DNA of 63,782 nt, filler included, from Octopus bimaculoides (taxonomy: Eukaryota), in assembly GCF_001194135.2 (NCBI RefSeq). It is 13 parts of 13 records of this genome, joined end to end, with 100 filler letters (N's around TTAATTAATTAA, not from the genome) between each part and the next. Parts side by side here need not be neighbours in the genome. Positions count along the whole stretch, not along the records: positions 5,360 to 19,363 come from NC_068985.1; positions 19,464 to 30,260 come from NC_068997.1; 11 more parts are not named here. One strand, 5' to 3'. Under the pieces are notes generated by a model. That model saw nothing but the letters and a program-made list of their open reading frames with translations. It did no database searches and was not told where the DNA came from. Positions 11,150 through 24,112 of the stretch are shown here, in pieces. Each line of letters begins with the position of its first letter. Position 1 is the stretch's first letter. Both the position numbers and the translations under genes were made by a program.

Positions 11150-11750
11150 TAATCCTACATACCATACAGTTATCATTGGTATATATGGTATTCTCAAAGG
11201 GGTACGTCCTACATAGTTGTGATCTGATGGAGTTCCCTGGCTTTTCAACAATCTTAATGTTGAGTTTGGACTCCTTCAGAGATTTTCTAAACCTACGCGT
11301 TAGTTCTCCATGGGCTGTGGCCTCTACAAACATCACTCCTTGATATCTGTCGGTTTTATACCACCTGTTCGCCTTGTTGAATACCATATGTACCAATGAT
11401 AACTGTATGGTATGTAGGATTAGCCCTGGCATTAACTGCATAAATAGAAATGTAGTTTACAGCATAAAAAGCACGGAAGGCGCTTGTAAAGACCTGAATA
11501 TGACATACATAGGGGAAACATCTAGGAGTATTGCGGAACGACTAAACAAACATATGAGACAATATGACGACAAAAAAAAACAGTCCTCCATACTCTACCA
11601 ACATGCCAAAGACCAGCATAGAGGCAACTTGAGTCAACTTGACATCCGCATCTTATCCAAGCACCCAAAAGACCCAACTCTAAGACAAATACGGGAGTAC
11701 GTCCTTATAAATGAAACTTCCCCAATACTAAATAGGAAATATACATAGAT
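11150..11750 (+). mobile_element. Second Penelope-like family: GIY-YIG 3' end with a 5' inversion
   Basis: CMVCR...NVVYSIK..C....YIGETSRSIAERLNKH...RQIREYVLINETSPILNRK; upstream linker (FVEAT..GEL...IKIVEKPG) is inverted at 11150-11378. Confidence 0.88.
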
Positions 11751-13151
11751 ACCCCCATACCCACATTTTACACAGGTAAAGTAGAACAGTTAATGGGCTT
11801 TTATGCAGATAGATGTATGTATGTCTGTGTGTGTGGGTGTGTGCATGCACATGTATGTATATGTAAACCAACAGGTCTACATACAGACGGGTAGGTACAT
11901 AGGGTATATGAACAGACAACCACATACGCAAATAGAGACTGAAACACATGACCACATATACACACACACTTGTCCACACATATGGAGATGTGCACCCATA
12001 CATACAAACATGGTACATAGCAGCAAAACACACACACACACACACACACGCACACACACACACACACACTCAGACATGCACACACAAGGAGACAGAGATA
12101 CATACATATACACACATGCACACACATACATAAAAAAACACACAAACACAGGAATATGCAGAATACATACATACATACATGCAAACACACACACATACAT
12201 ACATATATACATACACACACATACATACATATATATATACATATACACACACACAGACATACATACACACACATGCACATATAGATGCATGAATGCATAC
12301 ATACACACACACACACATGCGCAAAAACAAACAAAAGCAAAAAAGAACGCAGCGTAAATAACGGACAGTCAAGACTATTGAGAAGGTTGAAAGACGCAAC
12401 AAAAATTTTAGGAAAATAAAAATAAAAAGAGAAATAAGTGGAAATTTTACCGGTGAATGTGTTAAATTTTAAGGCACAATAAGAAAATGACTCTCCCCAG
12501 ACACAACAGAATATTTATATATTTGATCCTTTATATTGAACACTCAATATTTCATCTACATTCAATACTTTCTTTCATGGTGCCATCCATTTTTATTTTA
12601 TTTTATTTTATATTATATATTGTATATTCCATATTCTATACCCCACATTGGTTCTGCAGGAATATAAATAAAACATAAAAAACAGACAGTGTTGGAACTC
12701 TTTTAAACTAAATAATATATTCCTCTATACACAATCATACAAAAAACCCCACCATTTTTGTATTTATTTTTACTCGCATATNNNNNNNNNNNNNNNNNNN
12801 NNNNNNNNNNNNNNNNNNNNNNNNNNNNNNNNNNNNNNNNNNNNNNNNNNNNNNNNNNNNNNNNNNNNNNNNNNNNNNNNNNNNNNNNNNNNNNNNNNNN
12901 NNNNNNNNNNNNNNNNNNNNNNNNNNNNNNNNNNNNNNNNNNNNNNNNNNNNNNNNNNNNNNNNNNNNNNNNNNNNNNNNNNNNNNNNNNNNNNNNNNNN
13001 NNNNNNNNNNNNNNNNNNNNNNNNNNNNNNNNNNNNNNNNNNNNNNNNNNNNNNNNNNNNNNNNNNNNNNNNNNNNNNNNNNNNNNNNNNNNNNNNNNNN
13101 NNNNNNNNNNNNNNNNNNNNNNNNNNNNNNNNNNNNNNNNNNNNNNNNNNN

Positions 13152-13202
<51 letters not shown>

Positions 13203-13589
13203 GTAGGTAGGTAGGTAGGTAGATAGATAGATTTGTGAGTAACGCTTTCGCGTTTGAAGCTGTTGAATTTGTTTCACATTATATATAAGATTTATTTTCT
13301 AAATCATTCGACACGAGCTGGAGTCATTCAGTTTAATTTTTGTATTTGTCTAATAATGCTTAATGAAACAGTTCGAAGTTTTCTAAATTATATAACAGTG
13401 TTTCTACTTTCCTGCTTTAGCAGCGCCTCTACTTAGTTGTTCTGTTTGTCATTCGCATTTAAAAGTTCATCCTGCTCACTTCATGATTAACTAATCTTAT
13501 CATACACATAATAAAATGCGATGTGTTTCACATCGATCTCGCCGGTTGGGGGAAATTAATACATCAAACGGACACCCCCACCCACCCGA

Positions 13590-13995
13590 ACTTGCTGGCC
13601 TTTCATCCTTTCGGAATCGATAAAGTAAGTACCAGTTGCATATGAGGGTCGCTGTAATTGATTAAACTCCCCATCCCTGAACTTACTGGCCTTGTGCCAA
13701 AACTTGAAATCAATATCAACGGAACGGTTCCGTCGTGGTTGATTTTGCCTTTCATCATTTCAGAGTCGATAAGTATCAGTTTTGCACTGGAGTCCATGTA
13801 ATCGACTTACCCCACCCCAGAAATGGCTGGCCGTGTGCCAATGTTTGAAATCAATATCTATGTAACGATTCCGCCGAGGCTTTTCATCCTTTCAGAGCCC
13901 ATAAGATAACTACTAGTTGAGCACTAGGATCGATGTAATCGACTTAAATCCTTCGAACTTGCTGTCCTGCCAAAATTTGAAATCCATATTTACGT
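13590..13995 (+). mobile_element. Three tandem ~140-bp 3' halves of SINE family A
   Basis: Repeated tttcatcctttc.ga.tcgata...accagt...ccttgtgccaaaa.ttgaaatcaatat units. Confidence 0.7.
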
Positions 13996-14088
13996 AACAG
14001 TCGGCAGACAATGAAGAAGTTAGGTTGTAAGGGCGAGAAAGATAAATAACCATACAATACAAAATAAACTTTCATATAGACTGAAATT

Positions 14089-14402
14089 TCAAATTTTATT
14101 TTTAACAAAACTCAAATTTTCATAAAATGAAGTATTAAATTTCTTTTTGTACAGGTAATAATCTCTGGTCTTGTTAAAGTGCCAGTCTTCAAGGCACTTT
14201 TGAAGTAATGGATTGTATTGTAAATGGAATTTATTAGCAAATAGTGCTGGTGTAGTAGTTAACTTTGGTAAATCTCCAAGAGCGAATAAACACACACTTC
14301 TTAAAAATTTCCCCTTACAAATTGAGGGAAAAGGTATTTCACTATTTTCCCAGATTTTGTATCTCGCAAAATATGGCTTATCGGGTCCAGTCTCTGGAAT
14401 GC
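14089..14402 (-). CDS. GCNT: Terminal exon of a beta-1,6-N-acetylglucosaminyltransferase (core-2/I-branching, GT14)
   Basis: Acceptor ttttaatag at 14403; (G)IPETGPDKPYFARYKIWEN...CKGKFLRSVCLFALGDLPKL...LFANKFHLQYNP...CLEDW...SFVKNKI*; joins the upstream exon in phase 1. Confidence 0.95.
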
Positions 14403-14649
14403 CTATTAAAACAAAGAAAGAAAAGCTAATTAATTAATTAATTAACTAATTAATTAATCAATCAATCAATCAATCAATTATCATCACAATTAGAAATAAC
14501 AACCAACTATTACATAAACAAATAGTAAATTATTCAATGTAATGAATGAAGCACTTGTATGATTTAAAATTAGACCAATACTAAAGAGTCCGCCCCACCT
14601 ATTGAAAAGCATTAGCTTAACGATTAATTATTTCTTAAAGCCACTTTGT

Positions 14650-15110
14650 AGTAAGAGTTGTCTCTATGACACTTTTCAGGGCCTCCAACACTTTTATGCT
14701 AGATGTAAACACTAAACATAGCAAAGACTGCATTATAAAAACCGACTCTTTAGTGGCTGAAAATACTTCAGCACCTTATCAACTACTAATCCTCTATCAA
14801 GCTTAGGTGAGATCCACAATGGAGAATTGCTGCTACACATAAAAACTATACAGGGTACATCCAAAGAAGGCCATCCGACTGATTACCATAAAGTCAGTCA
14901 TCCATATACTTGCAGAATCCTACTGGATGGACTATTCCTGTGATCCGAAGGTTTAACTTAATAACATTGATCGAACTTAAGAATTACAGAAAGGTTTCAC
15001 GTGTATGATAAATACTCCACCACTTCACACGCTATTTCAATGAGTGTGCTATTACTTTGATAGAACAACCGGTCGATCTGCTAGACGCTTATATGCCTAA
15101 CAGCTTGGAG
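14650..15110 (+). mobile_element. CR1/L2/Jockey-group LINE 3' RT remnant (intronic, antisense to GCNT)
   Basis: LYQA*VRSTMENCCY, resembling LYKA.VRS.MEYC.H.W, with downstream AIRLI. Confidence 0.5.
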
Positions 15111-15787
15111 AGAAATGCGTACCGCCAAGCTAACTGTCCCATCATACATTCGTGATGATGACAGCCACACCAGAATCTATACTGAATCGTCGCCACTCGG
15201 GTTAACACCAAAGAGTGAACAGGGCTCATTTTTGCCGACTCATAGAAGGCTGTGAACGACCGACAGAAGTGGCAGGGTCTAGCTGCGATGTCTCAATGAA
15301 TTCTCCGACGACCATATGGTCAAGGGATACGAAAAGAGGAAGAGTACATTTAATGATATTAAGTTTATTTATTTGTAGCGACAAACGTAATCTGCATCCA
15401 ATAAACAAGATGATCTATGAGCTTCTCTGGAGTCGAGGGACTTGCAACAATAACACCTTATTCCGCCACATATATCAAAGCAAGCTTGAGTAGACTATGC
15501 TTTGCTGATGAAGTTCATTCATGCTAGAACAACTCCATGGTTGTCTTCTTATTTGCATGCAACGATTATATTATCTGCACAGCGTTCAAATCATTTTTGA
15601 GAGATAAATACAGGTGCAGGCAAGGTTGTGTGGATACCAATTTCGCTTCATAATCAAATAATTTAGGTTCTACTCCACCATAAGTGAAAACTTATAAAAA
15701 CTTAGACACAGATGACAGGTAGAGGGGAACCTAACATATCCATTACTTTATTGGGTAAAGGGAATATTTATAAAAATTAATTTTTAC

Positions 15788-16014
15788 CTGTGTAGGATCC
15801 AGGTACTTTAAGATGGGGATTATGATTGAGCGTGGCGAAATATGTTTCGTCTGGTATTAAGACAGTCTTCGTCCACTCAAGTAGATCTTTAGCCACAGGA
15901 GAATTCACAGCATAATCAACAAAACCTCTTTGAAGTATAACATGAACGCTCCCTTTTATTGGTTTAATGCCGTGAGGTGGTGGGCCAGACTTTGCCCATC
16001 TATGTTTGTTAGCT
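15788..16014 (-). CDS. GCNT: Penultimate exon of the GCNT-family glycosyltransferase
   Basis: ANKHRWAKSGPPPHGIKPIKGSVH...DLLEW...PDETYFATLNHNPHLKVPGSYT-G; acceptor aaactag at 16015, donor AG|GTAAAA at 15787; 227 nt. Confidence 0.95.
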
Positions 16015-16879
16015 CTAGTTTCAAAATAAATTAAAAGTTGAATGATACAATAAAAAGAAAAAGATTTATATAGCGACATGGCAAAACAATGAAGATAGTA
16101 AATAAAGAAGTGACAAAAAGAACACACAGTTACTGTCATTGAAAGGAACATTAGGCAAAATTTTGGAATGTTCAGTATAATTTCATGGTTGGCTGATAGA
16201 TCGGCCCTGTTAAATAATGGCAATAATTTTAATTTTTATATCACCCATGATTTGAAATTTTCTCTGTGTGCATCAATACATGCCATAATGCCATAGGCAT
16301 GGCTGTATGGTAAGAAGTTTGCTCCCCAATCATATGGTTTTGGGTTCAGTCTCACTGTGTGACACGTTACCTAGTACGACATCTAGCTTGATTTCAAATC
16401 GGTAAGGTGTAATCTCAGGAAAAGTGGACTACTATTACTAGCACATTCACAGACCGTAGTGGCTTGGACTGGCTTTAATTGAGAAGACCTATGATCAAAA
16501 ACGTTTCGGTGGAGACACTATCTTTTTCAGACATACTATAGCTAGTACTTTATTGTCAGTGTATCTGTCCTTTTTGAAGATGGTACAATATAATTTGCAG
16601 ATCTGGCTGCTATCTCTAACATATCGACTATTTCGGTTGATATGTTTTTGCTCTGAATTAAAACCATCGGTTCTGAGAAATTGCTTATTTACGCATTAAA
16701 ATGGGAAATGTCCTTCATGGTATACCAAGGTTCCCTGGAACCCTACGATTGTAAGATGATCGCTCGGAATTTCACGAGAAACAGTAACATAAGTTTATTA
16801 TTTGCAAGAGCATTTGTGTCTCATTTTTTTTTTTTTTGCACAAATGTTGATAGTGAAATCTAAAATAAATGTAAACATT

Positions 16880-17325
16880 ATTCATTGATTTAAACTCGCT
16901 TTATACTTTTCAATAAAATATATTTCTTTGTTAATTCTTTTTGTTCGTTTATATTTTCCGTCCATTACTATAAAAAGATTCTCGTGCAACGATCTAGATG
17001 CTCGCTGAGTAGAATTTTTTTTGTGTCTGCGAATCGTCATATATTTTCTAAGATTCAGCCTGAGTGGCCAATGCAATCCTTACATCTACAGCATGTTATT
17101 GCAAAAATTAAGTTTTCTGATAGCACGTGAAATTATTTTTATTTTGGAATTTTGTCCATTTTTGAAACGGAACCTTGAACGTTTGGATATATTAATACAG
17201 ATTCCATAATTTGGTCTTCTACATTTTGTGATTATCAGATTTGATACAATGCAAGCAGGTAATTGGGCATTTGTTAATAGTTTCTTTATTGATTTTGGCT
17301 TTTTTCTTTCTTTACTTTTCTTTTC

Positions 17326-17356
<31 letters not shown>

Positions 17357-19310
17357 TTTAATCCTTTGGGGACAGAACCTCGTTTGGAGTTTTAGTGCCA
17401 AGAAGACTAAACCCTTTTCACAAGCCCTTCAGAGGGCATGCACTTATTTTCCAATAACAATTATAAGAAATAAAGAAATGACTTTACATGTATAAACGTA
17501 TATTCGACCTCTTGGCTGATAGATTGGCCTTGTCATCTACTATGGGTTAATTATCTTTTGGTTTTCTAATATTCTTCTCATTTAAGGTCACATTTTAAAA
17601 TTAGTAAAATTTGATTAATTATATTAAAGGTCTCACTATTCACAGTTATTTGTTGACATGTAAGGCTAAACATTTGTTTCTATTTTGCTTTTTACAGTTC
17701 TTTTTATTACTGATGTCAATTGCTTCTGCAGTTGTCAATTAATTGATGGTATGTAACATCTTCCAATCAAAATAACTTCTCGTTTCTTTTGGGTGTTTGA
17801 TATTTTGGTACATGTTCTTGTAGCTAGATTGAATGGAGTGTTGAATCTTGTATTTTGGATGGTATGAATTAAAATGTAAATATTGCCTCGAATCATCTAG
17901 TTTATAATATATAACTATCTCGATCCTTTTTATAACCAATATCACTAAAAAGAATAATTTATCCTTGCTGTACGCCACAGTAAACTGGATGTTATTCTTA
18001 ATACAATGTATGAGTGTTACAAATTCTGAAAATCAACCTAAACTTTTTTCCATATGGTAAAACAACTTTCTAATATTTTTTTCGATATTGCATCAAGTAA
18101 TTGTAAAAATTTTTATATTTCGTGCGCGAGCAGGATGCCGAAGAACAAGAAGCCGAAGCCAAGAAGCCGAACGGACACAATGCCGAACGGCCATAAAGCC
18201 TAACGGACACAATGCCGAACGGACATAAAGCCGAATAGGCACAGTGCTGAACGGACATACTGTAAATCCAGTAAAGAAACCTATTTAAAATGTGGTTTTA
18301 TGTATCTATTTTTACTACATTTTAGTCTGTCAAATGGTCATATTGTAGGAATAAAATGATTATCATATATCCTAATTTTCGTATGTCTTTTCGGTTTCTT
18401 GTCTTTTCGGCTTTATGTCCATTCGGCATTGTGTCCGTTCGTCTTCTTGGTTTCGGTTTCTTGTCCTTCGGCCAAAAGTGCATTCGGCATGCCGTCTGTG
18501 TACCTTATATTTTGCTACTTTTTAAATATATTTTTATCTAAAGGGACCGCTTTATTAAATTTACACATGTTAGAACTATCTTGCTTCCTGTTGTTGTTCT
18601 AAATTTTTGCTCGTATATTGCTTAGTTAAATTTTTAAAAGCTGTTTTATAGAATAAATTGAAGTCCTTGAATGAAAAATTCTTTTCCTTTACGGTTTGTG
18701 ACGATATTTATTAAGCCAAAAATGTATTGCTTCCATTTCACATTTATGTGGTACATTTGTATATCGGTAAACCTCATGAAATAAAACAGTTAAAGATTTT
18801 TCATTCGCGAATATGGAAGGTGATTTAACATATTCAAGCAATCTCTTATGTATCTCTGTATATGTTTCAAACATGATTTTAGTAATAAGTCCAAGAAATT
18901 ACTCAATCGATGCATTTCACAAGACGTACCTACTATTATCTTCTTAATATTTAGTCATTTCGGCGAAGAACATTTAAACAACGAGACGACGATTCTTTAC
19001 TGGCAACTTTTGTAATCTTTTGTAATCTTTCGATGATCCAGAAAAATTACTTCTTTTAGAATTGGTTCAAGAGTCGCGTTCTTTATTAGTTAATATATAA
19101 TCTGCCATGGACGTTATGTTTTATATTGTCTTTTGCTGATTATAGTTGTTGATTTTTTCATAACTGTTGTTTTCAAGAACGGATAATGTGAGATTTTTAT
19201 GGTAATCTATATCCATTAAAACTATATGGCTTCCCCTATCGGTTTCTTTTATCAATTTTGAATCGGTTTTTACTGTTTGTTATATTCTCATTCTGTAATG
19301 CTAATAGAAG
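16880..19310 (-). mobile_element. Decayed Penelope-like retroelement (RT remnants plus GIY-YIG end)
   Basis: YTNVPH...EAIHFWLNKY (18689-18800), IYYKLDDSRQYLHFNSYHPK (17840-17910), KEIYFIEKYKASLN (16882-16930). Confidence 0.75.
18119..18503. mobile_element. MITE with inverted subterminal arrays of ~16-bp GCCGAACGGACA(C/T)AA units, inserted in the Penelope-like element
   Basis: Array 18135-18262 and its reverse-complement array at ~18390-18492. Confidence 0.6.
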
Positions 19311-19325
19311 CTCGTATTGAAAATA

Positions 19326-19363
<38 letters not shown>

Positions 19364-19597
19364 NNNNNNNNNNNNNNNNNNNNNNNNNNNNNNNNNNNNN
19401 NNNNNNNTTAATTAATTAANNNNNNNNNNNNNNNNNNNNNNNNNNNNNNNNNNNNNNNNNNNNATACACGGTATACACTGAAAACGAAGGGACATATGCA
19501 TAGCATACAAAGGTTTTAAAAAATCGAGGAACTCCACTGTCCGAAATTTCCCTGAAACCCTAGAAGCAAGTGGCCTCTCAAATTTCTTCTCTCCAAC

Positions 19598-20200
19598 TCA
19601 CAGGCCTACACTTAGAGAGGTGCCGTCTACTCTTGCCATTTTCGCAACTTTCACCCACTTTTCAATAAACTCACTCGAAGACAGCACTTCCCTCTCCACT
19701 CTCAATTTCCTTTTCAAGTGAAACTTGAAGAAGTCAATGAGAGCTCTACCAAAGAGAAATGTATCTGTCCTCATGCCTTTCAGCCTTGTCAACTAAACAA
19801 CCTCTTTCGCCACAGCCACCAGGCAAAGGAAAACTGCTTTGCCTACCTGATTGAAGAACGGCGACGGGGCATCATCACTATAGATTCGGCCGACAGACGG
19901 ATCCGTCCCCCACATAACAGCAGCTGTTCGACATAACTCCACATGTCAGCAATGCTCGAACACTGAACGAGGACGTGCAGAACGGTTTCGTCACTCTGCG
20001 CGCACTTTGGACAAGCCTGTCTGACAGCATACCCGTGCCTGTAAAGTTTATCTCGAACCGGTAGCACTGCCAGGCCAAAGACACCTGGAAATTATCCGTG
20101 GTAATTCCAGACCGGAAAGTCCTCCGGAACAGAATAGACAGTTCGTTCTCGTCAGAGCCCAATCTCCCTGAGAACGTCGTCGCACTTTCCCGCCACTAAT
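19598..20200 (-). mobile_element. Tx1/L1-like LINE 3' end (zf-RVT-type CPKC...H..VQC)
   Basis: SLAWQCYR.ALPVRDKLYRHG..CPKCAQSDETVLHVLVQC...FFKFHLKRKLRVERE. Confidence 0.85.
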
Positions 20201-20439
20201 CCTCTATAAATTTTTGAAGCGAACATCCACCGATCCCATTTCCTGACTAGTAGAGGGCTGTGAGCACCTGACGACATTCTAGGTGCCAAGCGAAGCCTTT
20301 ATGCTATAGGCACAAGGCCTGGAATTTTACGGGAAGAGCCAGTCGATTGGATCGACCTCAGTACGCAACTGGTACTTAATTTATCGACCCCAAAAGTCAG
20401 AAAAGTCATTACGTACCACTCCCACATGGTAAACGTTCA

Positions 20440-22020
20440 GCACGTGTCCGCATTCCTAGGATCCCACCAGGATTTGATATTTGGTGGCTTCTGGGATGCG
20501 TCTCCTCCGTTCTGCGGAAGTTAGAGCTGCTGCAGAGCATCCCGCTCGAACCGGAACGTGGAAGGGCAGTGTCGGCGTATGCGGACGACATCACCGTGAT
20601 GGTGTCGGACACCTCAGAAATCGAGGTGGTCGGCACACCATTGGAGGAATATGAAAAGTTGACGGGAGCAAAACTTAGCCCGGAAAAGTCAGTCGACTTG
20701 CAATTCGGCACCTGGAGGGGCAAGAATTTTGACTGGTACTAATTTTATCGACTCGAAAGGATAACAGGTAAAACAAACCTCGACAAAATTTGATCTCAGA
20801 ACATTAAGTCTGAAGAAATGCTGCTGAAGATTTTGTCCAGCGTGCTCACGATTCTGCCAACACGCCGCCTTAATAATAATTGTAATAATTGTTGGGTGCT
20901 GGGCGGACAGACCAGTAAAGTTGCTTGGGGTTTGGTTCGGACCAGACCTCCAGGTGGATAAGAATTAGGACGAGGTAACGAGCAGGGTAGCCAGTCTCAC
21001 CCAGAAATGAGCTACGAGGAAACTATTACTGAAATGCGGGTGGAGGTGGCAAATGCGTTCATTGCGTCCGTCATTCACTACCACTTGACCGTTGCGCCTT
21101 TCCCCCGTTCGCGCCACTCCAAGTTGGAGCGCCTCCTCTTCAAATTCTTGTGGAAGGGATAGGTTCCATTTGTGAAGCGGTCTATCTGCTGCCAACATCC
21201 TTTACGCAGAGGGCTGGGCATACCGTAGTTAATGATGCGAAGACATACGCTGAAGCTGCGGCATCTCCAGATATTCTGCCTAAACGGCGAACAGGTGTGG
21301 TCGCCGTTTCTCAAACAGGCCTTTCTTCAGCTCGTCTCCTTGACGGAACTGCAGTCCCGGGTCAAGAAGATACTGAGACAGGGTGATTAGCATCTGGAAT
21401 GTTGCTAGGCACTCACTGCCCTCTACCAGTCGGGCAATGAGATCAGTGGAACATCCACTCTCGAGTTCTATAGAGGGTTAGTGGAGAGAAAGAGTGATGC
21501 TGCACTCGGAGAGGCGCTAAGCGTTGACGAAGTCGAACTGACCAGTCTGTTCAGGAGGACTTTCGAGTCGGGGTCGATGAATAACTTCCAAAAATCCTTA
21601 GCTTGGCAGTGCTACCGAGGGGCACTTCCGGTTCGAGATGTGCTCTACAGGTACGGAAGTGCTGTCAGACAGACCTGCGCACAGAGCGACGGAACCGTTC
21701 TGCACGCACTCGTCCAGTGTCCTTGCGTTACTGGCTTGTAATAGTTATGTTGAACAGCTATTATCATGTGTAGGACGGATCCGGCTATCGGCCGATTCCA
21801 CAGTGAAGATCGATTCGCTGTCTTCCATTGGTCCGGAAGGGCATGCAATTTTACTCTGTCTGCTAGCTGTAGCGAAAGAGGTTGTATGGTGGACCAGGTT
21901 TAAAGGACTGAAGACAAACACTTTTCTCTTTAGCCAATCCGTCATCAACTTTTTCAAATTTCACTTGGAAAGGAAGACGGGGATGGAGAGAGAAGTGCTG
22001 CCTCCCAATTATTTTCATAT
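20440..22020 (+). mobile_element. Tx1/L1-like LINE, 5'-truncated, RT to 3' end, interrupted by a SINE at ~20725-20880
   Basis: VSAYADDITVMVSD RT motif, VKLLGVWFGPDL, FLWKG, SLAWQCYRGALPVRD; multiple stops. Confidence 0.9.
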
Positions 22021-22029
22021 ACACTCAAC

Positions 22030-22870
22030 AGGTTAGACTAACCTTAGATAGCAAGAAACCCCCTATTGGACTACAAGTAACTTTAGATAGCAAGCAACCC
22101 CCTATTGGACTACAACAAGTAACTTTAGATACCAAGAACCCTCCTAAATATCCTAACCTTCCCTAACAACACTGTTTTCTGGAGCTGTACTAAACTGGGT
22201 TTTATGCCTATTTCATCTGTCCACCTGTTCAGATCTTTAGGGGTAGTTCCCAATGCACCTTAAACTACTGGGATACATTTTACCCGTACTTTCCTAAGTC
22301 CTGGTACTTTGGTATTTTTTCTATACTTCTCATATTAATGTTTTCATTGATTGGGACTGAACAGTCACTTATCTGGCACTTTCCATTCTCATTATCCACT
22401 GCTACCAAAGCAGGCCTTCTGGCTTCTATTACTCTGTCAGTCTGAATGTTAAAGTCCCACAACATCTTATATTTCTTACTTTCTAGTAATTTACTAGGTT
22501 CGTGTTCATACCATTTATCAGTATGTTCAAATCTTAGCTTTCTACATAGCTCCCAATGGATTACTCTCCCTAGATTGTCATGTCTTTTCTTGTATTCTTT
22601 CTGTGCCAGCATGCTACATTCACTTGCTATATGAGTAACACCTTCCTCTTTTCATTTGCATAATCTAAATTGGGAATCTACTTGGTTTTTGTCTATCTTG
22701 GCTTTTATCCAATTAGTCCTTAATGTTTGATCTTGTGCAGCTACTAACAAACTTTCTGTCTCCTTCAGCTTTCCTTCCTGCAACCATAACCATGTCTCAT
22801 TACTACTATTGGCTGCAGCTATCTTTGGGAATCTACCATGCAACGCCTTCTCCTGTCAGTCAGATAATTT
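22030..22870 (-). mobile_element. R4/Dong-clade non-LTR element 3' fragment (CCHC remnant plus RLE endonuclease); 3' UTR has a ~40-bp tandem duplication
   Basis: MHGRF...WL..G.LKETESLLVAAQDQTLRT...CK..E..HI.S.C..LAQKEYKKRHD..G..IHW.LC...WYEHEP..LWDFNIQTDRVIEARRP. Confidence 0.9.
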
Positions 22871-23034
22871 CAAGTGTCGCCTTAGTCTGCAGTAGAACAT
22901 TTTTTATACCAAGACAAAACCTATACATGATAGCACTTCCAATCAATTAAGATCAGAAGCCATGAGAGCCACTGCCTAATACAGCATAGGAGCATTTATT
23001 ATTTCTATTATTGTGGCTGTTGTTGCTGTCAAGC

Positions 23035-23815
23035 GGTAAGGCGACGAGCTGGCAGAATCTTTAACAGAGACAAAATGCTTAACAGTGGTCCGCCTGTCTT
23101 TACGTTCTGAGTTCAAATTTTGCCGAGGTCGACTTTGCTTTTCATCCTTTCGAGGTTAACAAAATAAATACCAGTTGAACACTGGGATCGTTGTAATCGG
23201 CTTATCCGCTCCCCCAAATTGCTGGCCTTGTGCCAAAACTTGAAATCATTATTATTAGTAGTAGTAGTAAGGTGGCGAGCCGGCCCTTCATTCTTTCGAG
23301 GCCAATAAACTAAGTGCTAGTCGATGTCATCGACTATCCTCCAACCCCAAAATTTCAGACCTTGTGCCTATAGTAGAAAGGGTTATTATTATTATTCTAA
23401 GACGGCGAACTGGCGGACTCGTAAGTACGATGGACAAAATGCTTAGTGGCATTTCTTCTGGATTTATATTTTGAGTTCAAATTCCTTCGAGGTCGACTTG
23501 CCTTTCATTCTTTCGAGGCTGATAAAATAAGTACCAGCTAAGCTCTGGAGTCTATGTGATCGAGTAGTCCCTTCCTCAAAATTTCAGGTCCTGTGCCTGT
23601 GGCAGAATCTGGCAGAATAGTTAGCGCGCCGGACAAAATGCTTAGCGGTATTTCGTCAGTCTGAATTCTGAGTTCAAATACCACCGAGGTCCACTCTGCC
23701 TTTCATCCTTTTGAGGTCGATGAAAAAAAGTACCAGTGGAACATTGGAGTCTGTGTAATCAGCTAGTCCCTGCCCGCAAAATTTCAGGCCTTGTGCCTAG
23801 AGTAGAAAGGATTAT
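23035..23815 (+). mobile_element. Four head-to-tail SINE family A copies (central domain resembles the MetaSINE domain)
   Basis: Repeated GGCGAGCTGGCAGAAT...GAGTTCAAAT...GGTCGACTTTGCCTTTCATCCTTTCGAGGTCGATAAAATAAGTACCAG...ATT tail. Confidence 0.85.
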
Positions 23816-24072
23816 TACTACAACTGTTTTATTTCATTTCATCTTTTGATGGGGGTGGGGTATGTGTGCAAAGGGAGAGTGTGTGTGAGTGTGTTTGTGT
23901 GTGTGCGTGTGTGTATGTGTGTGCGTGTGTGTGTATGACAGTATGCGTGTGCATTGTGCGCATGTCATTGTGTGTGTACATATGTCTATATCAATATTCG
24001 TGTGCGTTTGTATGTGTTTGTATGTTTTTCTGTGTATGTAGCTGTGTGTGCGTGAGCATGCTTGTTTGTGTG

Positions 24073-24112
<40 letters not shown>

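Noticed and set aside
11728-12402. Long Cys/Val/Met- or His/Thr-rich ORFs (also near 364, 4354, 23866, 36399, 62134 and elsewhere)
   Set aside because: Translations of (TG)n/(TA)n/(TACA)n microsatellites or of N runs.
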